The position numbers and the translations under genes were made by a program. Below, piece by piece: positions 51,681-64,000 of a stretch of 64,000 nt of DNA. The notes under the pieces are model-generated. The model was not told the DNA's origin. It did not search any database and saw nothing but the letters and a program-made list of their open reading frames with translations. How positions within the stretch are numbered: the first letter of the stretch is position 1; each line of letters opens with the position of its first letter. The stretch lies in NCBI GenBank assembly GCA_030390025.1, contig CM059432.1, positions 8,804,001 to 8,868,000 on the forward strand, in the 5' to 3' direction. Source of the DNA: Squalus acanthias. Lineage: Eukaryota.

Positions 51681-53615
51681 CATAGAATCATAGAATCATA
51701 GAATGGTTACAGCACAGAAGGAGGCCATTCAGCCCGTGACGGCTCTCTACAAGAGCACTTCAGCCAGTCCCACTCCCCCCATCCTTTCCCCGTAGTCCTG
51801 CAAATTTTTTTCCTTCAGGTACTTAGCCAATTCCCTTTTGAAAGCCACGAATGAATCTGCCTCCACCACCCTTTCAGGCAGTGAATTCTAGATCCTAACC
51901 ACTCGCTGCGTAAAAAAGTTTTTCCTCATGTCGCCTTTGCTTCTTCTGCCAATCACCTTAAATCTGTGTCCTCTGGTTCTCGACCCTTCCGCCAATGGGA
52001 ACAGTTTCTCTCTATCTACTCTGTCCAGACCCCTCATGATTTTGGACACCTCTATCAAATCTCCTCTCAACCTTCTCTGTTCTAAGGAGAACAATCCCAG
52101 CTTCTCCAGTCTACCCACATAACTGAAGTCCCTCATCCCTGGAACCATTCTTGTAAATCTTTTCTGCATCCTCTCTAAGGCCTTCACATCCTTCCTAAAG
52201 TACGGTGCCCAGAATTGGACACAATACTCCAGTTGAGGCCCAACCAGTGTTTTATAAAGGTTCCACAACACCAGGTTATAGTCCAACAGTTTTATTTGAA
52301 ATCACAAGCTTTCGGAGCTTACTACTCCTTCGTCGGGTGAAGTAAAGAGATACAGAATCGCCAAAGCATTCTGTATCTCTTTACTTCACCCGACGAAGGA
52401 GTAGTAAGCTCCGAAAGCTTGTGATTTCAAATAAAACTGTTGGACTATAACCTGGTGTTGTGCGACCTCTCAATTTTGTCCACCCCAGTCCAACACCGGC
52501 ATCTCCGCATTATAAAGGTTCATCATAACTTCCTTGCTTTTGTACTCTATGCCTCTATTTATGAAGCCCAGTAACCCATATGCTTTTTTAACAGCTTTCT
52601 CAACCTGCCCTGCCACCTTCAATGATTTGTGCACATATACCCCCAGGTCTCTCTGTTCATGCACCCCCTTTAGGATTGTACCCTTTAGTTTATATTGCCT
52701 CTCCTCATTCTTCCTACCAAAATCTAGCACTTTGCACTTTTCTGCATTAAACTTCATCTGCCACGTGTCCGCCCATTCCACCAGCCTGTCTATGTCTTCT
52801 TGAAGTCTATCACTATCCTCCTCACTGTTCACTATACTTCCAAGTTTTGTGTCATCTGCAAATTTTGAAATTGTGCCCAGTACACCCAAGTCGAAGTCAT
52901 TAATATATATCAAGAAAAGCAGTGGTCCTAGTACCGACCCCTGGGGAACACCACTGTATACCTTCCTCTAGTCTGAAAAACAACCGTTCACCACTACTCT
53001 CTGTTTCCTGTCAATTAGCCAATTTCATATCCATCCCTTTTATTCCATGGGCTTCAACTTTGCTGGCAAGCCTATTATGTGGCACTTTAATAAACGCCTT
53101 TTGGAAGTCCATGTACACACTGTCAACCGCATTGCCCTCATCAACCCTCTCTGTTACCTCATCAAAAAACTCGATCAAGTTAGTTAAACACGATTTGCCT
53201 TTAACAAATCCATGCTGGCTTTCCTCAATTAATCCACACTTGTCCAAGTGGCTTGTCCAGGATTATTGTTTCTAAAAGCTTCCCCTACTACCAAGGTTAA
53301 ACTGACTGGTCTGTAGTTGCTGGGTTTCTCCTTACACCCTTTTTTGAACAAGGGTGTAACATTTGCAATTCTCCAGTCCTCTGGCACCAGCCCCGTATCC
53401 AAGGAGGATTGGAAGATTATGGCCAGTACCTCCGCAATTTCCACCTTTACTTCCCTCAGCATCCTAGGATGCATCCCATTCAGTCCTGGTGACCTATCTA
53501 CTTTAAGTACAGCCAGCCTTTCTAGTATCTCCTCTTATTCAATTTTTATCCCATCCAGTATCTCAACTACCTTCTCTTCCACTATGACTTTGGCAGCATC
53601 TTCTTCCTTGGCAAA
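51681..53615 (-). mobile_element. 5'-truncated CR1 LINE with nested Penelope hairpin
   Basis: RT pieces at 52470-52913, 53011-53247 and 53229-53474; (ATTCTATG)n tail. Confidence 0.93.
52264..52509. mobile_element. Penelope-like (family 1) fold-back insertion, opposite orientation
   Basis: About 100-bp inverted arms, with the tail on the right; TSD TTATAAAGGTTC at 52252-52263 and 52510-52521. Confidence 0.88.
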
Positions 53616-53617
53616 GG

Positions 53618-54020
53618 ATGGGTGAAACTAGAACTAGGGGGCATAATCTTAGAATAAGGGGCTGCTCTTTCAAAACTGAGATGAGGAGAAACTTCTTCAC
53701 TCAGAGGGTAGTAGGTCTGTGGAATTTGCTGCCCCAGGAAGCTACATCATTAAATAAATTTAAAACAGAAATAGAAGTAAAGGGAATTAGGGGTTACGGG
53801 GAGCGGGCAGGAAATTGGACATGAGGCTGAGTTCGGATCAGTCAAGGCCCTGTGGGTGGCGGAGTGGGCCCAGGGGCTGAGTGGCCGGGTCCTGCTCCTA
53901 CTTCTTGTGTTCTTTAGATTTGAGGTTAGGATCAGATCAGCCATGATCTTATTGAATGGCGGAGCAGGCTCGAGGGGCCAATTGGCCTACTCCTGCTCTT
54001 ATTTCTTATGTTCTTATGTA
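53618..54020 (+). mobile_element. CR1 3' fragment (subfamily of 34042-35885)
   Basis: GETRTRGHNLRIRGCSFKTEMRR...; duplicated 3' UTR and TTCTTATG tail. Confidence 0.9.
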
Positions 54021-54681
54021 AGTACTCATTTAGTAACTTAGCCATGCCCAATGTAAGGTTTCCAAAATTTGCAGATCCCCAAAACCTAAGGAAAAAGGAT
54101 TTTGGAACTACCTCAGAGTGATAAAAATGCATTTGGGCCTAACCTATGAGACTGTAAGACCAAAAACCAAGTTTTGCCATTTTAAAAGCATGTCTGGGCC
54201 TGTGAAGGGAGAAAAGGCTGTGAAGGAAGTTGGGTTCGACCTCTGCAAAAGCAGTTTTGGGTATTGCAGTTAAATTGCATTGTCTGGGGAATCGGGATGA
54301 CCTCACTCAAGCCCCAGCAAGCATTAACAAAGGAGACCAAAACTGTGCACAGTACTCCAGGTGTGGTCTCACCAAGGCCCTGTACAGTTGTAGCAAGACT
54401 TCCTTACTCTTATACTCCAACCCCTTTGCAATAAAGGCCAACATGCCATTTGCCTTCCTTATTGCTTGCTGTACCTGCATGTTAGCTTTCTGTGTTTCTT
54501 GCACGAGGACACCCAAATCATTCTGAACACCAACATTTAAAAGTTTCTCACCATTTAAAAAGTATTCTGTTTTTCTATTCTTCCTACCAAAATGAATAAC
54601 TTCACATTTCCCTACATTATACTCCATCTGCCACCTTACTGCCCACTCACTGAGACTATCTATATCCCTTTGCAGACTCGA

Positions 54682-55494
54682 TGGGGGGAATTTTGCCAGC
54701 CCTGGGGAGGTGGGTTTGGAGGTGGGACTGCCGAGAAAATGGCAGAAACAGGGAGCGGCTACTGAAGCCGCCCCCAACCCGTCTCCATGCCATCTTCCCG
54801 GGAGGCGAGTCCCCGACTCACGCAGGGACCCGTCTCCTCAAGGCGGGAAGGGGATTACAGCCACTTAACTGCCTGTTAACAGGTAGTTAACAGGCAGTTA
54901 AGAGGCTTATCCCCATTTTACCCCTTCAAGTGCGGGCTTCCCGACGTTGGGAAACCCCGCCAGGGTCAGCGAGGCAAGCAGTGAGTCTGCAGGGGTGAGA
55001 GGATCGAAAAGTCCGCTGTGGAGGTGAGTGATGGGTGCAAGTGTGGAGAGGTAAGTATGGGAGGTGATTGAAAAGTGTTAGAAAAAGTTTACTTACCTTT
55101 GTTTCTTTCTGCAGGCTTCAACCCTTGGGGATCCGGAGGCTCCTCACGTCCACGGCAGAGATGACAGAGATGTTTTCTGCTCAGGGAAGAGGTTTGGTGA
55201 GTCTTGAGTACAAGGACTCACCAAAGAACAGAGAACGTCAGTGTTTGACAGCTTCACAGAGCTGTCAAATGATGACAATTAATCTGTCAAAAATTTTTGA
55301 CTGATGAAACTTCATACGCTGACGTTCTCTGTCACCGGCTTTCCCTTAATTGGCCTGCTAAGCCCGCAGGGCGGGCTTAACAAGATGAATCAAGGTAAAA
55401 TAGTGTGGGTTGGCCGGACGTCGTTGGGGGCGGGACTGAAACCCGACAACCAGCAGTCCCGCCCCCAACGCGCCCCCATTGATAAAATCCAGCT
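54682..55494. mobile_element. Harbinger-like non-autonomous element inserted in CR1 RT
   Basis: Termini GGGGGGAATTTT and AAAATCCAGCTC; splits CR1 TGCAGACTC|TTTGTG; paralog at 5497-6330. Confidence 0.7.
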
Positions 55495-57182
55495 CTTTGT
55501 GTTCTCCTCACAGCTTACTGTCACACCTAGCTTTGTATCATCAGCAAACTTGGATATATTACACTTGGTCCCTTCATCTAGGCCATTGATATAGATTGTA
55601 AATAGCTGAGGCCCCAACACTGATCCTTGTGGCACCCCACCAGTTACAGCCTGCCAACCTGAAAAAGATCCATTTCTCCCTACTCTCTGTTTTCTGTCCA
55701 TTAACCAATCCTTTATCCATGCTACTATATTACCCCCAACCCCATGAGCCCTAATCTTGTGTAGTAACCTTTCATGTGGCACCTTATCGAATGCCTTTTG
55801 GAAATCCAAATATATTACATCCACTGGTTCCCCTTTATCTACTCTGTTAGTTACATCCTCAAAAAACTCTAATATATTTGTCAAACACGATTTCCCTTTC
55901 ATAAAACCATGTTGACTCTGCCTAATCATGTTATGATTTTCTAAGTGCTCTGATACCACTTGCTTAACAATGGATTCCAGTATTTTCCCGATGACCGATG
56001 TCAGGCTAACGGGCCTGTAGTTCCCTGTTTTCTCTCTCCCAGCTTTCCTGAATAGCAGTGTTACATTTGCAACCTTCCAATCCGCTGGGGCCATTCTAGA
56101 ATCTAGGGAATTTTGGAAGATCAAAACCAATGCATCCACCATCTCTTCAGCCACCTCTTTTAGAACCCTAAGATGTAGGCCGTCAGGTCCAGGGGATTTG
56201 TCGGCTTTTAGTCCCATTAGTTTCTCTAGTACTTTTTCTCTACTTATATTAATTACGTTAAGTTCCTCACCCTCATTAGACCCTTGGTTCGCCACCATTT
56301 TTGGTATGCTTTTTGTGTCTTCTACTGCGAAGACAGATACAAAATATTTGTTTAACGTTTCTGCCATTTCTTTATTCCCCATAATAATTTCTCCTGTCTC
56401 AGCCTCTAAGGGACCAATGTTTACTTTTGCTACTCTCTTCCTTTTTACATACTTGTAGAAGCTCTTACAATCTGCTTTTATATTTCTTGCTAGTTTTCTC
56501 TCGTATTCTATTTTTTCCCTTTTTATCAATTTTTTGGTCATCCTTTGCTGGTTTCTGAAACTCTCCCAATCCTCAGGCTTACTACTATACTTCACAACAT
56601 TATAAGCTTCTTCTTTCAATCTAATGCTATCCTTAACTTCTTTTGTTAGCCACGGTCGGATCACTTTTCCTGTGGAGTTTTTGTTTCTCAATAGAATGTA
56701 TTTTTGTTGAGAATTATGAAATATTTCTTTAAATGCTAGCCACTGGTTATCTACCGCCATACTTTATAATCTATTTTTCCAATCTACCATAGCCAACTCG
56801 CCCCTCATACCTATGTAGTTGTCTTTATTTAAGTTTAAGACTCTAGTTTCGGACTTAGACAAGTCACTCTCAAACTTAATGTGAAATTCTATCATATTAT
56901 GATCACTCTACCCCAGAGGATCCTTTACTATGAGATTGCTAATTAACCCTGTCTCATGACACAATACAAGATCTAAAATTAGGTTAGGTTGATTTGGCTA
57001 TGATAAATTGACCCTTAGTGTTAGGGGGGGATTAATATGTGGGGTTACGGGGATAGGATAGGAAGGGATATGTTAGGGGGAATTAAATACGTGGGATTAT
57101 GGGGATAGGGTGGGATATGTGTTGGTGCAGGCTCGATGGGGATTCTGTGTGAGAAAGCAGGGACAGGGTACTGGATTTGGAT

Positions 57183-57404
57183 TAACAACAGAAAACGCTG
57201 GAAAAACTCAGCAGGCCAGGCAGCATCCGTGGAGAGAGAAAGAGAGTTAACGTTTCAGGTCGATGACCTTTCATCTGATGAAAGGTCATCGACCTGAAAC
57301 GTTAACTCTCTTTCTCTCTCCACGGATGCTGCCTGGCCTGCTGAGTTTTTCCAGCGTTTTCTGTTGTTATTTCAGATTTCCAGCATCCGCAGTATTTTGC
57401 TATC
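57183..57404. mobile_element. Penelope-like (family 2) fold-back insertion
   Basis: About 90-bp perfect inverted arms plus a 35-nt tail; TSD GTACTGGATTTGGAT at 57168-57182 and 57405-57419; CTGATGAAAGGTCATCGACCTGAAACGTT at the centre. Confidence 0.88.
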
Positions 57405-59885
57405 GTACTGGATTTGGATGATCAGCCATGATCGTATTGAATGGTGGAGCAGGCTCGACGGGCCGAATGGCCTACTCCTGCTCCTAGTTTCTAAAATAGC
57501 CTGTTCCCTGGTTGGTTCCATGATGTATTGTTCTAGGAAACTGTCCCGAATGCATTCCATGAACTCATCCTCCAAACTACCTTTGCCAATTTGATTTGTC
57601 CTGTCTATATGAAGATTAAAGTTCCCCATAATTATTGCATTACCTTTGTTACAAGCTCCTACTATTTCTTAATTAATATTCTGTCCAATGGTATAGCTAC
57701 TGTTAGGGGGCCTATATACTACTCCCACCAATGTTTTCTGCCCCTTGTTATTCTTTACCCATACTGATTCTACTTCCTGATCTTCTGAGCCGAGATCCTT
57801 TCTCTCTACTGTCCTTACGTCATCCTTTATTATCAGGGCTACCTCCCCTCCTTTTCCATTCTGCCTGTCTTTTTGAAACGTCAAGTACCCTGGAACATTT
57901 AGTTCTCAACCTTGGTCACCTTGCAACATGTCTCTGTAATGGCTATTAGATCAAACCCATTTATCTTTATTTGTGCCACTAGTTCGTCTATCTTATTACG
58001 AATGCTTCGTGCATTCAGATAAAGAGCCTTTAATTTTTTTTTACCATTATTCCCTGCTTTGACCTTATTCTCTGCTGCACTGCTATCATTAAACTCTCTG
58101 TCCCTTCTTGTCACACTGTGCTTATTTTTACCCAAATCGCTGCACCGCTCTATTGCCTTGACCTTTCTCTTTAGATTTCTAAATTTCCCCATATGTGGCC
58201 CCTCCCCCCCTTTTTTTAGTTTAAAGCCCTATTCATCTACTCTATCCTCCTATTTCTGTACTCACAAGCATGTGACACCGGGAGTAATCTGGAGATTACT
58301 ACCTTTGAGGTCCTACTTTTTAATCTCTTTCCTAGGTCCCTAAAATCTGCCTGCAGGTCCTCATCCCTCTTTCTACCTAAGTTGTTGATACCGATATGGA
58401 CCACGACCTCTGGCTGTTCACCCTCCCCCGCTCAGAATGTTCTGCAGCCGTTCAGTGACATCCTTGACCCTGGCACCAGGGAGGCAACATACCATCCTGG
58501 AGTCATGTATGCAGCTGCAGAAACACCTGTCTGTTCCCCTAACTATTGAATCTCCTATCACTATTGCTTTCCCGATCTTCCTCCTCCCGCCCCTGTACAC
58601 CCGTGGTGCCGTGGACTTGGCTCTAGCTGTACTCCCCAGAGGAACCATCGCCCTCATACTGGTTGGAGAGTGAGATGCACTCAGGGGACTCCTGCACTAC
58701 CTGCCTGTTCCTCCTTGTCTGTCTGACGGTCACCCATTCCCTCTCTGCCTACACACTCTTACGCTATGGGGTGACCACCTCCTCAAACGTGCTATCCAAG
58801 TAGCTCTCAGCCTCATGGATGCACTGCAGTGACGCCAGCTGCTGCTCAAGCTCTGAAATCTGGAGCTCGAGCTCCTCCAGCTGACGACACTTCCTGCACA
58901 TGTGGTTGTCCAGGACAGGGGAAGCGTCCTGGAGTCCCCACATGACACAAGATGTGCATTGCATGGGACCGAAGTGCCCTGCCAAGCCTTTACTTAATAG
59001 ACTATTTAGTAACTTAACAGAAATAAACTTAAGACTTAAAAAAAAACAATCACCAACTACTCACCAGTCAGCTCCTTCCCTTGCGCTGACGTTACTTACC
59101 TCGCTCCCTCACGCTCATGCTCCCTCCGGGCTCTTGGGCTTACCTTTATCTGCTGCCGCTTCTCTCGCTCTCCCGCAGGTCCGCTCTCATGTCGATTAAT
59201 TTAGAGACCTTGGGTTCTGTGGCTCCACTCCTCCTTTTCAGTCAGACGTCTCCACCGCCTTCCTCCTGTCCACCGAATTCCTGCCCTCACGAAATTCCTC
59301 CACTCTGCTCGTGAGTCACTCCGTTTGCGATCTCCCGGCTCTGTCTCCAAGCTCTGGGCTCAAGCTCCTTTCACAACATTAGGAACGTCCCAAAGCGCTT
59401 TACAGCCAATAAAGTACTTTCGAAGAGCCGTCACTGTTGTAATGCGGTTTTTTACAACAATTGGACAGCTTTATGAGCACTTTTACAGATACCAGATTTT
59501 TATTTCCAAGCAGAATTTATACTCTCAAACTGTCCATGGTGGGATTATGAACTCCTAGTTCTCTGGATTATTAGCCCAGGCCTTTGGATTACTGGTCCAG
59601 TAACAGAACCATGGTATTACACTGCCTCTGTAGTGTAGTGTCTCCATTACTGGTCTGGTAATTCAGTATGAGTCATTGGAGTGTGAATACTGATTGATTC
59701 CCCCAACCCCCGCTCCCTAAATAGGAGTCACTGAGGATGCTGTGGCATTGAGACCAGCCAAGACCAGAGGTCGCCTCATTGTATTTTATCAGTAGCACAC
59801 AGAGTAGTGGTGTCCGAGCCACTGAGTCATCAGGGGAAGCTTGAACAATGTTCCAGTTACTAATGAGCCACCTTCAAGAAACATG

Positions 59886-62800
59886 AGTCATAGATAGTCA
59901 TAGAGTTATACAGCACAGAAAGAGGCCCTTCGGCCCATCGTGTCCCGCCGACCATCAAGCCCTGTCTATTCTAATCCCATTTTCCAGCACTTGGTCCGTA
60001 GCCTTGTATGCTATGGCGTTTCACGTGCTCATCTAAATGCTGCTTGAATCTTGTGAGGGTTCCTGCCTCTACCACCCTTTCAGGCAGTGAGTTCCAGATT
60101 CCAACCACCCTCTGGGTGAAAAAGTTTTTCCTCGAATCCCCTCTAAACCTCCTGCCCCTTACCTTGAAACTATGCCCCCTGGTTATTGGCCCCTCTACTA
60201 AGGGGAAAAGTTCCTTTCTATCTACCCTATCTATGCCCCTCATAATTTTGTACACCTCAATCAGGTCCCCCCTCAGCCTTCTCTGCTCTAAGGAAAACAA
60301 CACCAGCCTGTCCAGTCTCTCTTCATAGCTGAAGCGCTCCAGACCAGGTAACATCCTGGTGAATCTCCTCTGCACCCTCTCCAATGCAATCACATCCTTC
60401 CTATAGTGTGGCGACCAGAACTGCGCACAGTATTCCAGCTGTGGCCTAATTAGCGTTTGTACAACTCCATCATAACCTCCCTGCTTATATTCTATGCCTC
60501 AGCTAATGAAGGCAAGTCTCGCATATGCCTTTTTAACCACCTTATCTACCTGTCCTGCTGCCTTCAGGGATCTATGTACATGCACACCAAGGTCCCTCTG
60601 ATCCTCTGTCCTTCCTAGGATCCTACCATTCATTGTGTATTCCCTTGCCTTGTTTGTCCTCCCAAAATGCATCACCTCACACTTTTCAGGGTTAAATTCC
60701 ATTTGCCACTGTTCTGCCCATCTAACCATCCCGTCTATATTGTCCTGTAGCCTGAGGCTTCCCTCCTCGCTATTTATCACTCCACCAATTTTCGTATCAT
60801 CTGCGAACTTACTGATCATACCTCCTACATTCATATCTAAATCATTAATGTACACTACAAACAGCAAAGGACCCATCACCGATTCCTGCGGTATACCACT
60901 GGACACAGGCTTCCAGTCACAAAAACAACCTTCCAGCGTTTTCTGTTGTTTCTTCGACCATCACCCTCTGCCTCCTGCCACTAAGCCAATTTTGGATCCT
61001 ATGTGCCAAATTGCCCTGGATCCCATGGGCTCTTACCTTCTTGACCAGTCTCCCATGTGGGACTTTGTCAAAAGCCTTACTGAAGTCCATGTAGACTACA
61101 TCAACTGCACTACCCTCATCCACACACCTAGTCATCCCCTTGAAAAATTCAATCAAATTGGTCAGACATAATCTCCCCCTGACAAAGCCACGCTGACTAT
61201 CCCTGATTAATCCCTGCCTCTCCAAGTGGAGACTAATTCTGTCCCTCAGAATTTTTTCCAATAATTTCCCTACCACTGGCCTGTAATTCCCTGGTTTATC
61301 CCTACTACCCTTCTTGAACAATGGTACTACGTTAGCTGTTCTCCAGTCCTCTGGCATCTCCCCTGTGTCCAGAGAGGTTCTGAAAATGTGTGTCAGAGCC
61401 CCTGCAATCTCCTCTCTTGCCTCACTCAGCAGCCTGGGATACATCCCGTCAGGGCCTGGGGATTTATCCACTTTTAAGCCTGCTAAAACCGTTAGTACCT
61501 CCTCCCTCTCAATACTAATTTGTTCAAGTATATCACAATCCCCCTGCCTGATTTCTATGCCTACATCGTCCTTCTCCATAGTGAACACAGATGCAAAATA
61601 TTCATTTAAAACCTAACCTACATCTTCCGGCTCTACACTCAGATTGCCACTTTGGTCCCTAATGGGCCCTACTCTTTCCCTGGTTATTCTCTTGCCCTTA
61701 ATATACTTATAAAACACCTTGGGATTTTCGTTTATTTTGCCCGCCAGTGTTTTTTCATGCCCCCTCTTCGCTCTCCTAATTTATTTTTTAAGTACCCCCC
61801 TGCACTTTCTATACTCCTCTAGGGCTTCCACTGTTTTTAGTTCTTTGTATTTGCCAAAAGCCTCCCTTTTTTTCCTAATCCATTCTTGTATATCCCTTGA
61901 CATCCAGGGTTCCCTGGGCTTGTTGGTCCCACCTTTGACCTTTATGGGAACATGTTGGCGTTGTACTCTCTCTATTTCCTTTCTGAAAGACTCCCATTGC
62001 TCTGATGTGGATTTTCCTACAAGTAGCTGATCCCAGTCCACTTTGGCCAGATCCTGCCTTATCATATTAAAATTGGCCTTCCCCCAATTTAGAACCTTTA
62101 TTTCCGATCCATCTTTGTCCTTTTCCATGACTACCTTAAATCTCACCGAATTATGGTCACTGTCAACCAAAATGCTCTCCTACTGACACTTCTACCACTT
62201 GCCCAGCTACATTCCCTAGAATTAGGTCCAGAACCACCCCCTCTCTTGTAGGACTTTCTACATGCTGGCTCAAAAAGCTCTCCTGGATGCACTTTAAGAA
62301 TTCCACACCCTCTAAGCCTTTCACACTCTGACTATCCCAGTTAATATTGGGGAATTTGAAATCCCCTACTATTATTACCCTATTATTTCTACACTTCTCT
62401 GAGATTTGCCTACATATCTGTTCCTCTATCTCCCCCTGACTGTTTGGGGGCCTATAGTACACTCCCAGCAAAGTGCTTGCCCCCTTTTTGTTTTTAAGTT
62501 CTACCCATATGGCCTCATTCGAGGAACCTGCTAAGATATCATCCCTCCTTACAGCAGTAATTGACTCCTTGATTAATATTGCGATACCCCCTCCTCTTTT
62601 ACACCCCCCTCTGTCTTGCCTGAAGATTCTATACCCCGGAATATTGAGCTGCCAGTCCTGCCCCTCCCTCAACCATGTCTCTGTGATAGCAACAATATCA
62701 TACTCCCATGTGTTCATCAACACCTTCAATTCATCTGCCTTACTCGCAAGACTCCTTGCATTAAAACAAATGCCATCCAGCCTTGCCATACTCCCTTGTA

Positions 62801-63160
62801 CCGCTACATATTTGCTCTGCCTTCCAGGCTGACTTGTTTTTTCCTCTATATTTGGCTGTGCATCAGCCCCTACTATAGCTCCACTCCATATCCCATCCCC
62901 CTGCCAAGTTAGTTTAAACCCCCCACAACAGTACTAGCAAACCTCCCCGCAAGGATGTTGGTCCTGTTCCGGTTCAGGTGCAACCCGTCCGACTTGTACA
63001 GGTCCCACCTTCCCCAGAAGCAGACCCAGTGATCCAGGAAACTAAAGCCCTCCCTCCTGCACCAACTCTTTAGCCACGCATTCATCTGCTCTATCCTCCT
63101 ATTCCTATACTCACTAGCACGTGGCACCGGGAGTAATCCAGAGATTACAACCTTTGAGGG
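59886..63160 (-). mobile_element. CR1 LINE truncated within ORF1
   Basis: Esterase C-terminus (YKSDGLHLN) at 62909-63127, APE at 62163-62789, RT at 60499-61588, C-terminus at 59971-60393; (GACTATCTAT)-type tail. Confidence 0.93.
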
Positions 63161-63515
63161 TGATGGTGTGTAATCTGCAATGGAAGCATCCCATTCAAGA
63201 CCTCGAGACTGAGTTGTGCCTGATTTCCTTTCCTAATCCAGTCTTTATCACTGGCAATTCTGATTCTACGCCATCCCTTTCTCCAGAGCAATATTGTAGA
63301 TCACAAGAGAATAGATCCTGTCTTGTTTAGATGAATTTGTTTTTGTAGTTTAGGCCCGTAATGGCTTTTAGATGATTCTGTGCTTCAGATGTGTTTTCGC
63401 CTCCGCAATTCTTTGAAAGTCAAGCGGAAAACCCATCAATTTAATCAAGTCTCTCCGTGTAAGCTGTACATCAGAGCCGTGAACTCTTTACATTCCTACT
63501 ACTTGGGTTTTTTGC

Positions 63516-63535
63516 GTGTGTGTGTGTGTGTGTGT
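63516..63535. repeat. (GT)n microsatellite
   Basis: About 10 GT units. Confidence 0.9.
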
Positions 63536-64000
63536 TGGGGCTGTGTTTGATGAACAAGTGTAGCTAATCGATTTCTAATCTGAATTGTTGGCAGGTCTGT
63601 TCCTCGAGGGCGGTGCCCACTTTTTCTGTTGTTGTTGATCTCGTGTGGAAAGGACATCCTCCGGTGGTTTCAATCACTCCAATTTGTTCTGCTAATCACC
63701 AACAGATGCCGAGTGTGAAAAGAGCGCGACCCGACCAAGCAGCTCGCCAAACCTGACCCTCCCTTGATTCTGTCCATCGCCCCCTTCTTTCTCCCCGGCC
63801 ACAGCGTCCCAGCTCACCGGATCAGCTGCACGATCCCAAAACAAACCCAAACCTTTCGACTCTTTAGAAACCCTGCCTTTCCAAAGAAAGATACACAACG
63901 GAGGGGAAAAAGGCCGGCCCTTAGGCTGCCTTGTCAAGCGCCATCTGTCGTCAGTGTTTGCGGACTGTGAGTTAACGTTTTTGCTGCAAAAACCCTTCAC

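Larger units (their letters stand above)
54329..59190 (-). mobile_element. 5'-complete CR1 LINE lacking its 3' end, with nested insertions
   Basis: ORF1 MAGHFGPMQCTSC...CRKC with leucine-zipper-like segment (start 58985) and esterase IVIGDSIVRG; APE at 57490-58030; RT at 55495-56760; 5' end motif shared with 37070-37093. Confidence 0.9.

Noticed and set aside
63160..64000. Non-repeat-looking, CpG-containing terminal segment with an acceptor-like TTGGCAG at about 63595
   Set aside because: No recognisable protein or terminal repeat, and it is cut by the window edge; could be an exon, LTR or regulatory DNA but undecidable here.

Overview
Eukaryotic, repeat-saturated intergenic or intronic DNA. 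The repeat families point to a cartilaginous fish (shark-like): many CR1 LINEs, L2, RTE, an HE1-type V-SINE and SacSINE1-like DeuSINEs. No intact host protein-coding gene could be identified. Almost every long ORF in the track is a retroelement remnant, its antisense shadow, or a tandem-repeat artefact. Contents: (1) deeply nested CR1 LINEs, including a full-length copy at 30882-37093 and a 5'-complete copy at 54329-59190; (2) L2, RTE, Vingi and Tx1 fragments; (3) two Penelope-like element (PLE) families that left short insertions, mostly fold-back hairpins, with 12-15 bp TSDs and minimal hammerhead ribozyme motifs, often on both strands; (4) several PIF/Harbinger-type non-autonomous elements with 3-bp TSDs and one hAT-type element; (5) a solo LTR; (6) a G-rich minisatellite; (7) a C2H2 zinc-finger gene 3' fragment plus flank and SINE that splits a Vingi element. 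All family assignments come from motif recognition by eye, not database searches.
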